The position numbers and the translations under genes were made by a program. 64,000 nucleotides of DNA, from NCBI GenBank assembly GCA_002269645.1, contig NIVC01002634.1:5149-69148 (forward strand). Reading direction: 5' to 3'. Of the stretch, positions 1 through 11,639 are shown in pieces. Every line of letters starts with the position of its first letter. Position 1 is the first letter of the stretch. The notes beneath the pieces are model-generated. The model saw only the letters and a program-made list of their open reading frames with translations, ran no database searches and was not told the DNA's origin. The DNA is from Macrostomum lignano. Lineage: Eukaryota.

Positions 1-875
1 AGCTTTCGGTGTGTCAGGTGTAGCTTTCAGTGTGTCAGGTGTAGCTTTCAGTGTGTCAGGTGCAGCTTTTAGTGTGTCAGTTGTAGCTTTCAGTGTGTCA
101 GGTGTAGCTTTCGGTGTGTCAGGTGTAGCTCTCACTGTGTCAGGTGTAGCTTTCTGTGTGTCAGTTGTAGCTTTCTGTGTGTCAGGTGTAGCTTTCAGTG
201 TGTCAGTTGTAGCTTTAGTGTGTCAGGTGTAGCTTTCAGTGTGTCAGGTGTAGCTTTCAGTGTGTCAGGTGTAGCTTTCAGTGTGTCAGGTGTAGCTTTC
301 AGTGTGTCAGGTGCAGCTTTTAGTGTGTCAGTTGTAGCTTTCAGTGTGTCAGGTGTAGCTTTCGGTGTGTCAGGTGTAGCTCTCACTGTGTCAGGTGTAG
401 CTTTCTGTGTGTCAGTTGTAGCTTTCTGTGTGTCAGGTGTAGCTTTCAGTGTGTCAGTTGTAGCTTTAGTGTGTCAGGTGTAGCTTTCAGTGTGTCAGAT
501 GCAGCTTTCAGTGTGTCACTTGCAGCTTTCTGTGTGTCAGGTGTAGCTTTCTGTGTGTCAGGTGCAGCTTTCTGTGTGTCAGGTGCAGCTTTCAGTGTGT
601 CAGGTGTAGCTTTCAGTGTGTCAGATGCAGCTTTCAGTGTGTCAGGTGCAGCTTTCTGTGTGTCAGGTGTAGCTTTCTGTGTGTCAGGTGCAGCTTTCTG
701 TGTGTCAGGTGTAGCTTTCAGTGTGTCAGGTGTAGCTTTCAGTGTGTCAGGTGTAGCTTTCAGTGTGTCAGTTGTAGCTTTCAGTGTGTCAGTTGTAGCT
801 TTCAGTGTGTCAGGTGTAGCTCTCACTGTGTCAGGTGTAGCTCTCAGTGTGTCAGGTGTAGCGTCGGTGTTAGAC
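1..875. repeat. 21-bp minisatellite (GTAGCTTTCAGTGTGTCAGGT)n, probably intronic in SNRNP200
   Basis: Period 21 visible directly (AGCTTT at 1 and 22); about 40 copies. Confidence 0.97.
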
Positions 876-994
876 TAATTTATTTTAATGTCAGACCGGA
901 GTGTCATGAAGTCAAGTTGTCAATATCTGGCGTGTACCATACAGTATCATAGAGTTCAATAGTTACAAGTGCTTCTATGATTGACCCTAACCAG

Positions 995-1233
995 ACAAAG
1001 ACGCCATCGGCAAGGCCTTCGTATTCTGCCAGTCCAGCAAGCGAGAGTTCTTCAAGAAGTTTCTATTCGATCCGCTGCCAGTAGAGTCGCACCTGGATCA
1101 CTGCCTGCACGACCATTTCAATGCCGAGATTGTAACTAAAACTGTTGAGAACAAGCAGGACGCTGTAGACTATCTAACCTGGACCTTCTTGTACCGCAGG
1201 ATGACTCAGAATCCAAATTACTACAATCTGCAG
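995..1233 (+). CDS. SNRNP200: U5 snRNP 200-kDa helicase (Brr2), internal exon
   Basis: CCAG acceptor 991-994, GT donor 1234; translates [30 protein letters not shown]...[21 protein letters not shown], matching the Brr2 C-terminal cassette as I recall it; absent from the ORF track. Confidence 0.93.
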
Positions 1234-1269
1234 GTTAGCTTTGTAATGACAAAAGTTTACAAGCTTACG

Positions 1270-1892
1270 ATCGATAAACAGTTTCCTAAATCGATAATCA
1301 GTTTCTTCAATCGATAATCAGTTTCCCCCAATCAATAATCAGTTTCCCCAATCGATAAACAGTTTCCTAAATCGATAATCAGTTTCTTCAATCGATAATC
1401 AGTTTCCCCTATCGATAAACAGTTTCCTCAATCGATAATCAGTTTCCCCAATCGATAAACAGTTTCCTAAATCGACAATCAGTTTCTTCAATCGATAATC
1501 AGTTTCCCCTATCGATAAACAGTTTCCTCAATCGATAATCAGTTTCCCCAATCGATAATCAGTTTCCCCCAATCAATAATCAGTTTCCCCAATCGATAAT
1601 CAGTTTCTCCAATCGATAATCAGTTTCCCCAATCGATAATCAGTTTCCCCCAATCAATAATCAGTTTCCCCAATCGATAATCAGTTTCCCCTATCGATAA
1701 ACAATTTCCTCAATCGATAATCAGTTTCCCCTATCGATAAACAGTTTCCTCAATCGATAATCAGTTTCCCCAATCGATAATCAGTTTCCCCAATCGATAA
1801 TCTGTTTCCCCAATCGATAATCAGTTTCCCCCAATCAATAATCAGTTTCCCCAATCGATAATCAGTTTCCCCAATCGATAATCAGTTTCCTT
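1270..1892. repeat. 20-21-bp intronic minisatellite (ATCGATAATCAGTTTCCCCA)n
   Basis: Units at 1331, 1351, 1371 etc.; fills the SNRNP200 intron 1234-1921. Confidence 0.95.
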
Positions 1893-1921
1893 CAAAATGA
1901 TCTCCCCAAACAAAATCCCAG

Positions 1922-2523
1922 GGCGTGACCCACCGGCACCTGAGCGAGAAACTCTCCGACCTAGTCGAACAGACCCTGGATGACTTGGAGAATTCGAAAT
2001 GCATCAAAATCGTTGAGGACATGGACCTCACGCCGCTCAACCTGGGCATGATCGCCGCTTACTACTACATTCACTACACTACTATCGAGCTGTTCAGCGG
2101 TTTCCTAACTCCGAAAACTAAAATACGCAGCCTAATTGAGATTGTCAGTTCGGCCGCGGAATTCGAAGACCTGCCAATCAGGCACCACGAAGAGGACACA
2201 CTGCGCAAAATTGTACCCCGACTGCCGCACAAGATGCAGAGCGCCAAGTACAACGATCCTCACGTGAAAGCCCAGATACTGCTGCAGGCTCACATGTGCC
2301 GGCTGGCCCTGCCTGCCGAACTGCAAACCGACACAGCCGACGTACTGTTGAAAGCTATGCGACTCATTCAAGCCGCTGTTGATGTTGTCAGCTCCAGCGG
2401 CTGGCTTGCCCCGGCTCTGGCCGCTATGGAACTGTCACAGATGGCTGTTCAAGCCGTCTGGAGCAAGGATAGCATACTGAAACAGCTGCCGCACTTTGAC
2501 CAGGCTCTTATTGACAAGTGCAA
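1922..2523 (+). CDS. SNRNP200: Brr2 exon, Sec63-2 domain
   Basis: CAG|GGC acceptor (phase 0, joins NLQ|GVTHRHLS); [38 protein letters not shown] motifs; AA|GTAAGT donor at 2524 (phase 2). Confidence 0.96.
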
Positions 2524-2594
2524 GTAAGTGCATTTGTCTAGCTCTTATCATCTCAAACAGGGCATGCTTCTTTAAGTCAACCACAGATTTACGT

Positions 2595-3545
2595 CCCAGG
2601 GATTCCCCTAGCTTTCCGCCCTTTCCCCTAGATCTCCGTCCCTGAGATTCCCCTAGATCTCCCCCCAGGGATTTCCCTAGCTTTCCGCCCTTTCCCCTAG
2701 ATCTCCGTCCCAGGGATTCCCCTAGCTTTCCGCCCTTTCCCCTAGATCTCCGTCCCAGGGATTCCCCTAGCTTTCCGCCCTTTCCCCTAGATCTCCGTCC
2801 CAGGGATTCCCCTAGCTTTCCGCCCTTTCCCCTAGATCTCCGCCCCAGAGATTCCCCTGGCTTTCCGCCCTTTCCCCTAGATCTCCGTCCCAGGGATTCC
2901 CCTAGCTTTCCGCCCTTTCCCCTAGATCTCCGTCCCAGGGATTCCCCTAGCTTTCCGCCCTTTCCCCTAGATCTCCGTCCCAGGGATTCCCCTAGCTTTC
3001 CGCCCTTTCCCCTAGATCTCCGTCCCAGGGATTCCCCTAGCTTTCCGCCCTTTCCCCTAGATCTCCGTCCCAGGGATTCCCCTAGCTTTCCGCCCTTTCC
3101 CCTAGATCTCCGTCCCAGGGATTCCCCTAGCTTTCCGCCCTTTCCCCTAGATCTCCGTCCCAGGGATTCCCCTAGCTTTCCGCCCTTTCCCCTAGATCTC
3201 CGTCCCAGGGATTCCCCTAGCTTTCCGCCCTTTCCCCTAGATCTCCGTCCCAGGGATTCCCCTAGCTTTCCGCCCTTTCCCCTAGATCTCCGTCCCAGGG
3301 ATTCCCCTAGCTTTCCGCCCTTTCCTCTAGATCCCCGCCCCAGAGAGATTCCTCTAGATCCCCGCCCCAGAGAGATTCCTCTAGATCCCCGCCCCAGAGA
3401 GATTCCTCTAGATCCCCGCCCCACAGAGATTCCTCTAGATCCCCGCCCCACAGAGATTCCTCTAGATCCCCGCCCCACAGAGATTCCTCTAGATCTCCGC
3501 CACAGGGATTCCCCTAGATCTCCGCCCCATAGATTCCCCTAGAGT
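2595..3545. repeat. 45-bp intronic minisatellite grading into a related 27-bp unit
   Basis: ATCTCCGT at 2701 and 2746 (45 bp); 27-bp CTAGATCCCCGCCCCAGAGAGATTCCT units from about 3325. Confidence 0.95.
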
Positions 3546-3735
3546 TCCATCCGGGAATTCCCGTTCCAGGGATTCCCGAGGATTTCTTCTTAAAAAAATA
3601 CCTCCCCTGGCTTAACTGGGATTTCCACCAAAAATTCTGAGTCTCTAGTATTTTTTTCCTGGGATCCCCACCCTCGGGAGGCATCTACTGGCATCTCACT
3701 AACCCTTTCGCGGCCTTCTTCATCCCTTCACCCAG

Positions 3736-4312
3736 GGGGCTCAAAGTGGAGTCTGTATTCGACCTGATGGAGATGGAGGACGCCGACCGGCTGGAGCTGC
3801 TGTCGGACCTCACCAAAGAGCAGCTGGCTGACGTGGCTCGCTACTGCAATCGCTACCCGAACATTGAGCTCGCCTACGAGCTGGTGGACTCCGACCGCGT
3901 TGAGCCCGGCGGCTCGGTTCAACTGGCCGTCAGTTTGGAACGCGAAGACGAAATCGTTGGGCCAGTAGCGGCTCCGTATTTCCCGCAGAAACGCGAAGAA
4001 GGCTGGTGGCTAGTGGTGTGCGACCCGGCCGCTAACGCGCTCATTAGCATCAAGCGGACCAGTTTGCAGCAGAAAGCCAAAGTGAAATTAGAGTTCGCCG
4101 CCCCGGCGGATCCCGGCGACTACAAGTACACTCTGTACTTTATGAGCGACTCTTATCTAGGCTGCGATCAGGTCTACCAGTTCGAAGTGGCCGTCGGAGC
4201 TTCCGGTGGCGGCGGTGGCATGTCGCCGCAGTCCGGGTCCCGGTCTCCGTCCCCGGCGCCTCCCACCAAGCGATCAAAGCGAGGCGGCGGCGGCAGCGAG
4301 GCAGCTTCTTGA
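3736..4312 (+). CDS. SNRNP200: Brr2 terminal exon (end of Sec63-2) with Gly/Ser/Pro-rich tail
   Basis: CCCAG acceptor, phase-compatible with the donor at 2524; [45 protein letters not shown]; TGA 4310-4312. Confidence 0.96.
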
Positions 4313-4351
4313 CTTTTCCGTTATTGACTGCACGCAAACTAACAACTGTTA

Positions 4352-4357
4352 AATAAA
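4352..4357 (+). promoter_or_regulatory. Candidate polyadenylation signal of SNRNP200
   Basis: First AATAAA, 40 nt after the stop codon. Confidence 0.5.
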
Positions 4358-4439
4358 TTTATGAAAATATACACAAAATCATGTTTTACTACTTACATTC
4401 AGTAGAAAGTAAAGAAAGTAGTACGAGTAAATAAATAAT

Positions 4440-4692
4440 AATAACTGATTACACCTGCCCTAATGGGCAGATGTGCAACCGCCAGTTCAGCCGCTGCGTA
4501 CGGCTGTTCAGTCCAAGGACTGGGGGGTCGCCACACACAGCCTCAATTACCCCAGCTAATGCTGGCACCCATTTTACAGCTGGGTTGAACTGAAGCAATG
4601 CAGAGTTACGCGTCTTGCTCAAGGACACAAATTGTTCCGAGTGGGATCGGGAATCGAACTCTCGGCCTTTAAGTCGGGCAACTTAACTGCAT
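4440..4692 (-). mobile_element. tRNA-derived SINE, degenerate head
   Basis: Box B GTTCGATTCCC (rc of 4649-4659); body TGTGTCCTTGAGCAAGAC...CCCAGCTGTAAAATGGGT typical of widespread SINE central domains; 3' hairpin CTGCCC-ATTA-GGGCAG (4455-4470) followed by (TTA)n. Confidence 0.75.
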
Positions 4693-5612
4693 CAATAATT
4701 AGACAGATAATTAGACTATGAACTATAATACTACTGAATTGAAAGTAGTCTATAATGCACTTACTAAATGGCCGAGGTCAAAAACTCATTTGACCTATAT
4801 CCTCTAATTAATAACATCAATCATCTCTCACCTCTTCATTACTAAATAGCGGTCGAATGACTTATCAAACTAAGCACCAATTAAGTTTCATATTTTTTAT
4901 AATTTGTCTTGGCCTCAAACTAATAATCCGGTTTGTTCTCTCCGAGATGCACTGTTGAATGCATTTGGTGTTCTTTAACAGTGAATTGTCTATAATGCAT
5001 ATGGTTGAAAAAGTTTAAGGGCCGGGAGTTAAACGAATTTTTTTAGCTCAATTATTCAATTCAATTACGTGTTTTTATTACTTATTGTACTTTAATCTAT
5101 TCTGTGTGCACGGCTTGCGTGCCGTGCTTGACAAAGTAATAAACCCGCTCGATCGGCTCTGTGTAAGCTTTGTAAGCTTTAAAAAATATAACCTTAATTT
5201 CTTTATTGACCCGTATGCGTTATTTAATACGGAAAAACTGCTATTTACTTAAGTAGTCCTTGGTATCTAAAAACAATTTGGCTTGGAATTAAGAAATCAG
5301 AGCTCAGACTGAATTTTATCATAGTCAAGTTGTTTTCTATCAGTTTGAAATTCACGATTATTAAGTGGAATAATTTAATTCAAGTAATTTAGTCATACTA
5401 ATTAAACTATCACAGAGCGTCTGCTGCAATTGGGAAATTTCTATAGCATTCTGGCCAGTTCTAAAGTACAGGTAGGATCATAACATTTTTAGGGTGAAAA
5501 AATCCGCGCAGATGTCGCCCATAATCGTAACGGCAAGCTGTGCGTTCTTGACTAATGATGTGAAGAAATGTTAGGGCCTGCTCTCTGTGAAATCTGTCAG
5601 TTTCCCTCCTTG

Positions 5613-5613
<1 letters not shown>

Positions 5614-5651
<38 letters not shown>

Positions 5652-5994
5652 TAGTGTTTGTTTGTCTGTCTGTCTGTCTGTCTGTCTTAGTGTTTGTTTG
5701 TCTGTCTGTCTTAGTCTTTGTTTCTCTGTCTGTCTGTCTTAGTGTTTGTTTGTCTGTCTGTCTTAGTGTTTGTTTGTCTGTCTGTCTTAGTGTTTGTTTG
5801 TCTGTCTGCCTGTCTGTCTTAGTTTCTGTCTGTCTGTCTGTCTGTCTGCCTGTCTGTCTGTCTTAGTTTCTGTCTGTCTGTCTGTCTGCCTGTCTGTCTA
5901 TCTGTCTCTTTCTGTCTGTCTTAGTCTCTATCTGTCTGTCTGTCTGTCTGTCTATCTGTCTCTTTCTGTCTGTCTGTCTGTCTGTCTTAGTGTT

Positions 5995-6027
<33 letters not shown>

Positions 6028-6136
6028 TAGTGTTTGTTTGTCTGTCTGTCTTAGTGTTTGTTTGTCTGTCTGTCTTAGTGTTTGTTTGTCTGTCTGTCTT
6101 AGTGTTTCTTTGTCTCTGTCTGTCTGTCCTAGTGTT

Positions 6137-6193
<57 letters not shown>

Positions 6194-6278
6194 TAGTGTT
6201 TGTTTGTCTGTCTGTCTTAGTGTTTCTTTGTCTCTGTCTGTCTGTCCTAGTGTTTGTTTGTCTGTCTGTCTTAGTGTT

Positions 6279-6315
<37 letters not shown>

Positions 6316-6470
6316 GCCTGTCTGTCTATCTGTCTCTTTCTGTCTGTCTTAGTCTCTATCTGTCTGTCTGTCTGTCTGTCTATCTGTCTCTTTCTGTCTG
6401 TCTTAGTCTCTTTCTGTCTGTCTGTCTGTCTGCCTGTCTGTCTGTCTGTCTGCCTGCCTGTCTGTCTTAG

Positions 6471-6511
<41 letters not shown>

Positions 6512-6600
6512 GTCTCTTTCTGTCTGTCTTAGTCTCTTTCTGTCTGTCTGTCTGTCTGTCTGCCTGTCTGTCTGTCTGTCTGCCTGCCTGTCTGTCTTAG

Positions 6601-6645
<45 letters not shown>

Positions 6646-6672
6646 GTCTCTTTCTGTCTGTCTTAGTCTCTT

Positions 6673-6715
<43 letters not shown>

Positions 6716-6750
6716 GCCTGCCTGTTTGTCTGCCTGCCTGTCTGTCTTAG

Positions 6751-6785
<35 letters not shown>

Positions 6786-6812
6786 TTCTGTCTGTCTGTC
6801 TGTTTCAGTGTC
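5614..6812. repeat. Compound (TCTG)n microsatellite
   Basis: Tetranucleotide runs with TTAG/TTTG variants. Confidence 0.98.
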
Positions 6813-7164
6813 TGATCTGCCCATCTTCCTGTATAAGTGTCAGTCCAAGCATATCGGGGTCTGTTCATCTGTGAAAATCATTTCTCTCGGACTGCAGCTG
6901 GGGCGGTGACGGAACACGCGCTATCACAAAAGTTCAGAGATTCGAAGACAGATCAGCACTGAATCGGAGTTGGTCAGTTCCAATAAGTTCTGAAATCAGC
7001 GACTTGACCAGCTCAGCGGCTATCAGAAGATGGTTTATTGCCGGCACATTTTAAACAAGATTCACAACAAATTACCAGTTTTTTAAGTATTCAGGGCCAG
7101 GTTTGCAAAAAAACTATTTAACCGGTTTCAAAATCGACAAAAATAATACGGGGAGGCAATTATT

Positions 7165-8222
7165 TTACCTAATTTTTTATTCACGCGTCACTCAGCTGGG
7201 CTGCATGTGCTATTTAGGCTAAAATAGTTTTTGCTTTTGTAAAGTCTGCTTAGCTTTATATGTACGAGAAATAACCAGGAAAAATTTGCCTCCCGTCTCT
7301 GTCTGCCTCCTGCGTCACCTTTGTCCTTTCTTGTCCTCTGGGTGTAGCTCAGCTGCACAATCTGTTCTGTCACTCTTTTGTGTTCTCTGTCACTCTCTCC
7401 CTGTGCTCTGTCACTCTCTCCCTGTGCTCTGTCACTCTCTCCCTGTGCTCTGTCACTCTCTCCCTGTGCTCTGTCACTCTCTCCCTGTTCTCTGTCACTC
7501 TCTACCTGTGCTCTGTCACTCTCTCCATGTGCTCTGTCACTCTCTCCCTGTTCTCTGTCACTTTTCTCCTGTTCTCTGTCACTCTCTCCCTGTTCTGTCA
7601 CTCTCTCCCTGTGCTCTGTCACTCCCTCCCTGTTCTCTGTCACTCCCTCCCTGTTCTCTGTCACTCCCTCCCTGTTCTCTGTCACTCTCTCCCTGTTCTC
7701 TGTAACTCTCTCTGTGCTCTGTCACTCTCTCCCTGTTCTCTGTCACTCTCTCTGTGCTCTGTCACTCCCTCCCTGTTCTCTGTCACTCTCTCCCTGTGCT
7801 CTGTCACTCTCTCCCTGTGCTCTGTCACTCTCTTTGTGCTCTGTCACTCTCTCCCTGTTCTCTGTCACTCTCTCCCTGTTCTCTGTCACTCTCTCCCTGT
7901 TCTCTGTCACTCTCTCTGTGCTCTGTCACTCCCTTTCTGTTCTCTGTCACTCTGTTCCTGTTCTCTGTCACTCTTCTCCTGTTTTCTGTCAATCTTCTGC
8001 TGTTCTCTGTCACTGTCTTCCTGTTCTCTGTCACTCCCTTCCTGTTCTCTGTCACTCTCTTCCTGTTCTCTGCCACTCTCTTTCTGTTCTCAGTCACTCC
8101 CTTCCTGTTCTCTGTCACTCCCTTCCTGTTCTCTGTCACTCTCTTTCTGTTCTGTCACTCCCTTCCTGTTCTCTGTCACTGTCTTCTTGTTCTCTGTCAC
8201 TCCCTTCCTGTCACTCTCTCTC
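7165..8222. repeat. Unique module X plus 21-bp minisatellite (CTGTTCTCTGTCACTCYCTYC)n, same family as 11480-13080
   Basis: CTCAGCTGGGCTGC, AAAGTCTGCTTAG and CAGGAAAA shared with 11480-11600 and 33130-33240; array about 7370-8220. Confidence 0.85.
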
Positions 8223-8310
8223 CTTTCTGTCGCTATTATTGCCATTCATTCGCCAACCTGACCAGTTTTCAAGTTCCCTCTCGCTCAACCAAAGCACTCG
8301 CTCAGAAATA

Positions 8311-8488
8311 TCAATTGTATCCCTGGGCAGCAGCCGCAGGCGGTCCAGTTGGGGCGGTGGCACAGCCCCAAAACGGGCAGTCCTTGACGAGGTGGTTGAC
8401 TGAGCGGCAGCGATAGCAGCACTTGGGCAGGGGGCCCAGCGGGCAGTTGGCGGCGAGATGTTCAGACACCTGGCCGCAGTTGTAGCAC
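8311..8488 (-). CDS. lin-28: Lin-28 terminal exon, two CCHC zinc knuckles
   Basis: CCCCAG|G acceptor; CYNCGQVSEHLAANC-PLGPLPK-CCYRCRSVNHLVKDC...QGYN*; phase-2 junction just before CYNC as in LIN28 genes. Confidence 0.93.
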
Positions 8489-8624
8489 CTGGGGAGAGTC
8501 GACAGACCAGCAAACTTATAGGAGCTTTAGCGGGCAGGTGAGATTCGTTCGCCCTAAAATGAGATCTTATTTTCTGTTTGAATACAAGCTGCCCCTCAGT
8601 CCGTTTGAGATCCTAGAGTTTCCT

Positions 8625-9200
8625 AATCCTCACTTTGAGTTCCCTAATTCTCACTTTGAGTTCCCCTAATTCTCACTTTGAGTTCCCCTAATCCTCACTT
8701 TGAGTTCCCCTAATCCTCACTTTAAGTTCCCTAATCTTCACTTTGAGCTCCCTAACCCTTACTTTGAGTTCCCCTAATCCTCACTTTGAGTTCCCCCAAT
8801 CCTCACTTTTAGTTCCCCTAATCCTCACTGAGTTCCCTAATTCTCACTTTGAGTTCCCTAATCCTCACTTTATGTTCCCTAATCCTCCCTTTTAGTTCCC
8901 TAATCCTTACTTTGAGTTCCCTAATCCTCACTTTATGTTCCCTAATCCTCCCTTTTAGTTCCCTAATCCTTACTTTGAGTTCCCTAATCCTCACTTTATG
9001 TTCCCTAATCCTCCCTTTTAGTTCCCTAATCCTTACTTTTAGTTCCCTAATCCTCACTTTGAGTTTCCTAATCCTTACTTTTAGTTCCCTAATCCTCACT
9101 TTGAGTTCCCTAATCCTCACTTTGAGTTCTATAATCCTCACTTTGAGTTCTCTAATCCTCAAAATGAGTTTCCTAATACTCACTTTGAGTTTTATAACAC
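8625..9200. repeat. 21-bp intronic minisatellite (CTCACTTTGAGTTCCCTAATC)n
   Basis: Direct periodicity; within lin-28 intron 8489-9312. Confidence 0.95.
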
Positions 9201-9312
9201 TCATTTCGAGTTTAAGAAGCTCAATTCGAATCCCTAAAGTAAATTCTAGTTAAAATATTATATTTAAGTACATCTCAGTCCCACACTTGCAGCCTCATCA
9301 ATTCAGCCTCAC

Positions 9313-9473
9313 TTCAGCATCCGTCTCTGCCCGACGTTCTCGGCGCCGCGGCACGGAACCCCGCCGGGTCCGGTGACCAGACGAGCCTCAAGGCCCTTCT
9401 CGGCTGCCCGGGTCTCAAACTCCACCAGCTCATCAGGACAGAGGTTTCGAAATCCCGGCATGCAGATGGCGGA
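9313..9473 (-). CDS. lin-28: Lin-28 exon, second half of cold-shock domain
   Basis: AAG|TCC acceptor, AA|GTGAGG donor; SAICMPGFRNLCPDELVEFETRAAEKGLEARLVTGPGGVPCRG resembles LIN28 SKLHMEGFRSL...VEF...KGLE...VTGPGG; 161 nt (phase 0 to 2). Confidence 0.93.
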
Positions 9474-9529
9474 CTTGATGGAGATTCAAGAGGGATGCTG
9501 TTACATTTGGTGGAACTCAAAGATGTACC

Positions 9530-9880
9530 AGTGAAATAGCAACCAAAACTACTCAAGAAAACCACATAGCGACTAAACCTACTGAAAGAAACTCCATTGC
9601 AACCAAAACTACTCAAGAAAACCACATAGCGACTAAACTTACTGAAAGAAACTCCATTGCAACCAAAACTACTCAAGAAAAACACATAGCGACTAAACCT
9701 ACTGAAAGAAACTCCATTGCAACCAAAACTACTCAAGAAAACCACATAGCGACTAAACTTACTGAAAGAAACTCCATTGCAACCAAAACTACTCAAGAAA
9801 ACCACATAGCGACTAAACCTACTGAAAGAAACTCCATTGCAACCAAACCTACTCAAGGAAGCCCCATAGCAACCATACCT
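9530..9880. repeat. 60-bp intronic minisatellite
   Basis: Consecutive 60-nt lines are nearly identical; a longer array of the same unit at 30780-31330. Confidence 0.95.
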
Positions 9881-10094
9881 AGTCACGGCTCAAGAAAACA
9901 ACAGCAATCAAACCTAATAAAAAACTACTCAAGGAAAGCCATAACAAGAAAAAACCGACTCAAGAAAACCCCATACCAACCAAACTTTCTCAAAGAGACA
10001 CCATAGCAATCAAACCTAATACGCCACGACAACCAAAACTACTCAACGAAACCCAATAGCAACCGAGGGCTACTCAAGCCCCGCCGCAGCACAC

Positions 10095-10225
10095 CTGATG
10101 CACGAAGACATTCCGACCTCTGTCGTCCGGCAGGATGAAGCCGAAGCCTCGAGCGACATCGAACCACTTGACCTTGCCCGGCCGCCTCACGGAATTAAGT
10201 ATTTGGGCCGAAAGTTGAAAATCAT
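10095..10225 (-). CDS. lin-28: Lin-28 exon, first half of cold-shock domain
   Basis: TTTGTAG acceptor (phase 1), CAG|GTGTGC donor (phase 0); [28 protein letters not shown] with RNP1/RNP2; the intron after VFVHQ is the conserved LIN28/YBX position; first coding exon not located. Confidence 0.93.
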
Positions 10226-10569
10226 CTACAAAGACGCGAGTGCACAGATCTGTGGCGATTTCAGGCAATATTTGGTGTAATAAAATCTGTTTTGTCGGCT
10301 ACAGAGCACTTACCGAAATTCACCTTAATACTTCCGCTCTTTTGCATTGCTGCTAACAACAGATTATAATTTAGATGCAAGAAAATAGGCCCGTTTGTTT
10401 TCTTCATTCTAAAAAAGAAAACCATGCCGTCTTTTATAAGCAAGCTGCAGCGCTTAAAGACCAATTACCTCAGAACAATTATCCAGTCGCGCTCAGAAGA
10501 TAGGATTTTTCCAAACAAATTCCACACTTAATTATCAGGCTCAAGACTATTTTTTAGCAGAGCTTCACC

Positions 10570-11300
10570 ACCTTAAGAAGCACAGCTGCAAAATTCCCCT
10601 CAGAACTACCAGAAGCACAGCTGCACAATTCCCCTCAGAACTACCAGAAGCACAGTTGCACAATTTTCCTCAGAACTACCAGAAGCAGAGTTGCACAATT
10701 CCCCTCAGAACTACCAGAAGCAGAATTGCACAATTCCCCTCAGAACTACCAGAAGCAGAATTGCACAATTCCCCTCAGAACTACCAGAAGCAGAATTGCA
10801 CAATTCCCCTCAGAACTACCAGAAGCAGAGTTGCACAATTCCCCTCAGAACTACCAGAAGCAGAGTTGCACAATTCTCCTCAGAACTACCAGAAGCAGTG
10901 TTGCACAATTCTCCTCAGAACTACCAGAAGCAGAGTTGCACAATTCCCCTCAGAACTACCAGAAGCAGAGTTGCACAATTTTCCTCAGAACTACCAGAAG
11001 CAGAGTTGCACAATTCTCCTCAGAACTACCAGAAGCACAGCTGCACAATTCCCCTCAGAACTACCAGAAGCACAGCTGCACAATTCCCCTCAGAACTACC
11101 AGAAGCAGAGTTGCACAATTTTCCTCAGAACTACCAGAAGCAGAGTTGCACAATTCCCCTCAGAACTACCAGAAGCAGAATTGCACAATTCCCCTCAGAA
11201 CTACCAGAAGCAGAATTGCACAATTCCCCTCAGAACTACCAGAAGCAGAGCTGCACAATTCCCCTAAGAACTACCAGAAGCACAGTTGCACAATTCCACA
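10570..11300. repeat. 35-bp minisatellite (AATTCCCCTCAGAACTACCAGAAGCAGAGTTGCAC)n
   Basis: Direct periodicity; also at 32060-32930 and inverted in each higher-order unit. Confidence 0.96.
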
Positions 11301-11639
11301 AAAACTACCAGTCGCTATTTTCCTTCGCCACGCGCAGCAACGATTTCTCCCCATCATGTAGGCATCCCAAGCGGAGTAGCATAACAGCAATTATTTAGCG
11401 CAATTATTCAGGTGCAGGTGCAGAGAGCCAAACAATTTTTCTTTCGTTAAAAGCAATCAGGATTTCGGCAGACAAAAAATTCCCATTTTATTCCATCAAT
11501 GCGTCGCTCAGCTGGGCTGCCTCTGCTAGTTAGAGAAATTTTGTTGCATTTGCAAGTCTTCTTAGTTAATAAACAGGAAAATTAGTGCTGCAGCTGTGAC
11601 ACATCTGTGAAACTTCTGTTTGGCGACAGATGTGACACA

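Noticed and set aside
10074-10268. Stand-alone bacterial-type cold-shock protein
   Set aside because: The domain is split by an intron at VFVHQ and splices to a CCHC exon, which identifies lin-28
10570-11300. 35-bp (and 28-, 34-, 60-bp) repeats of CRISPR-like length
   Set aside because: Head-to-tail with no unique spacers, no cas genes and a spliced eukaryotic context
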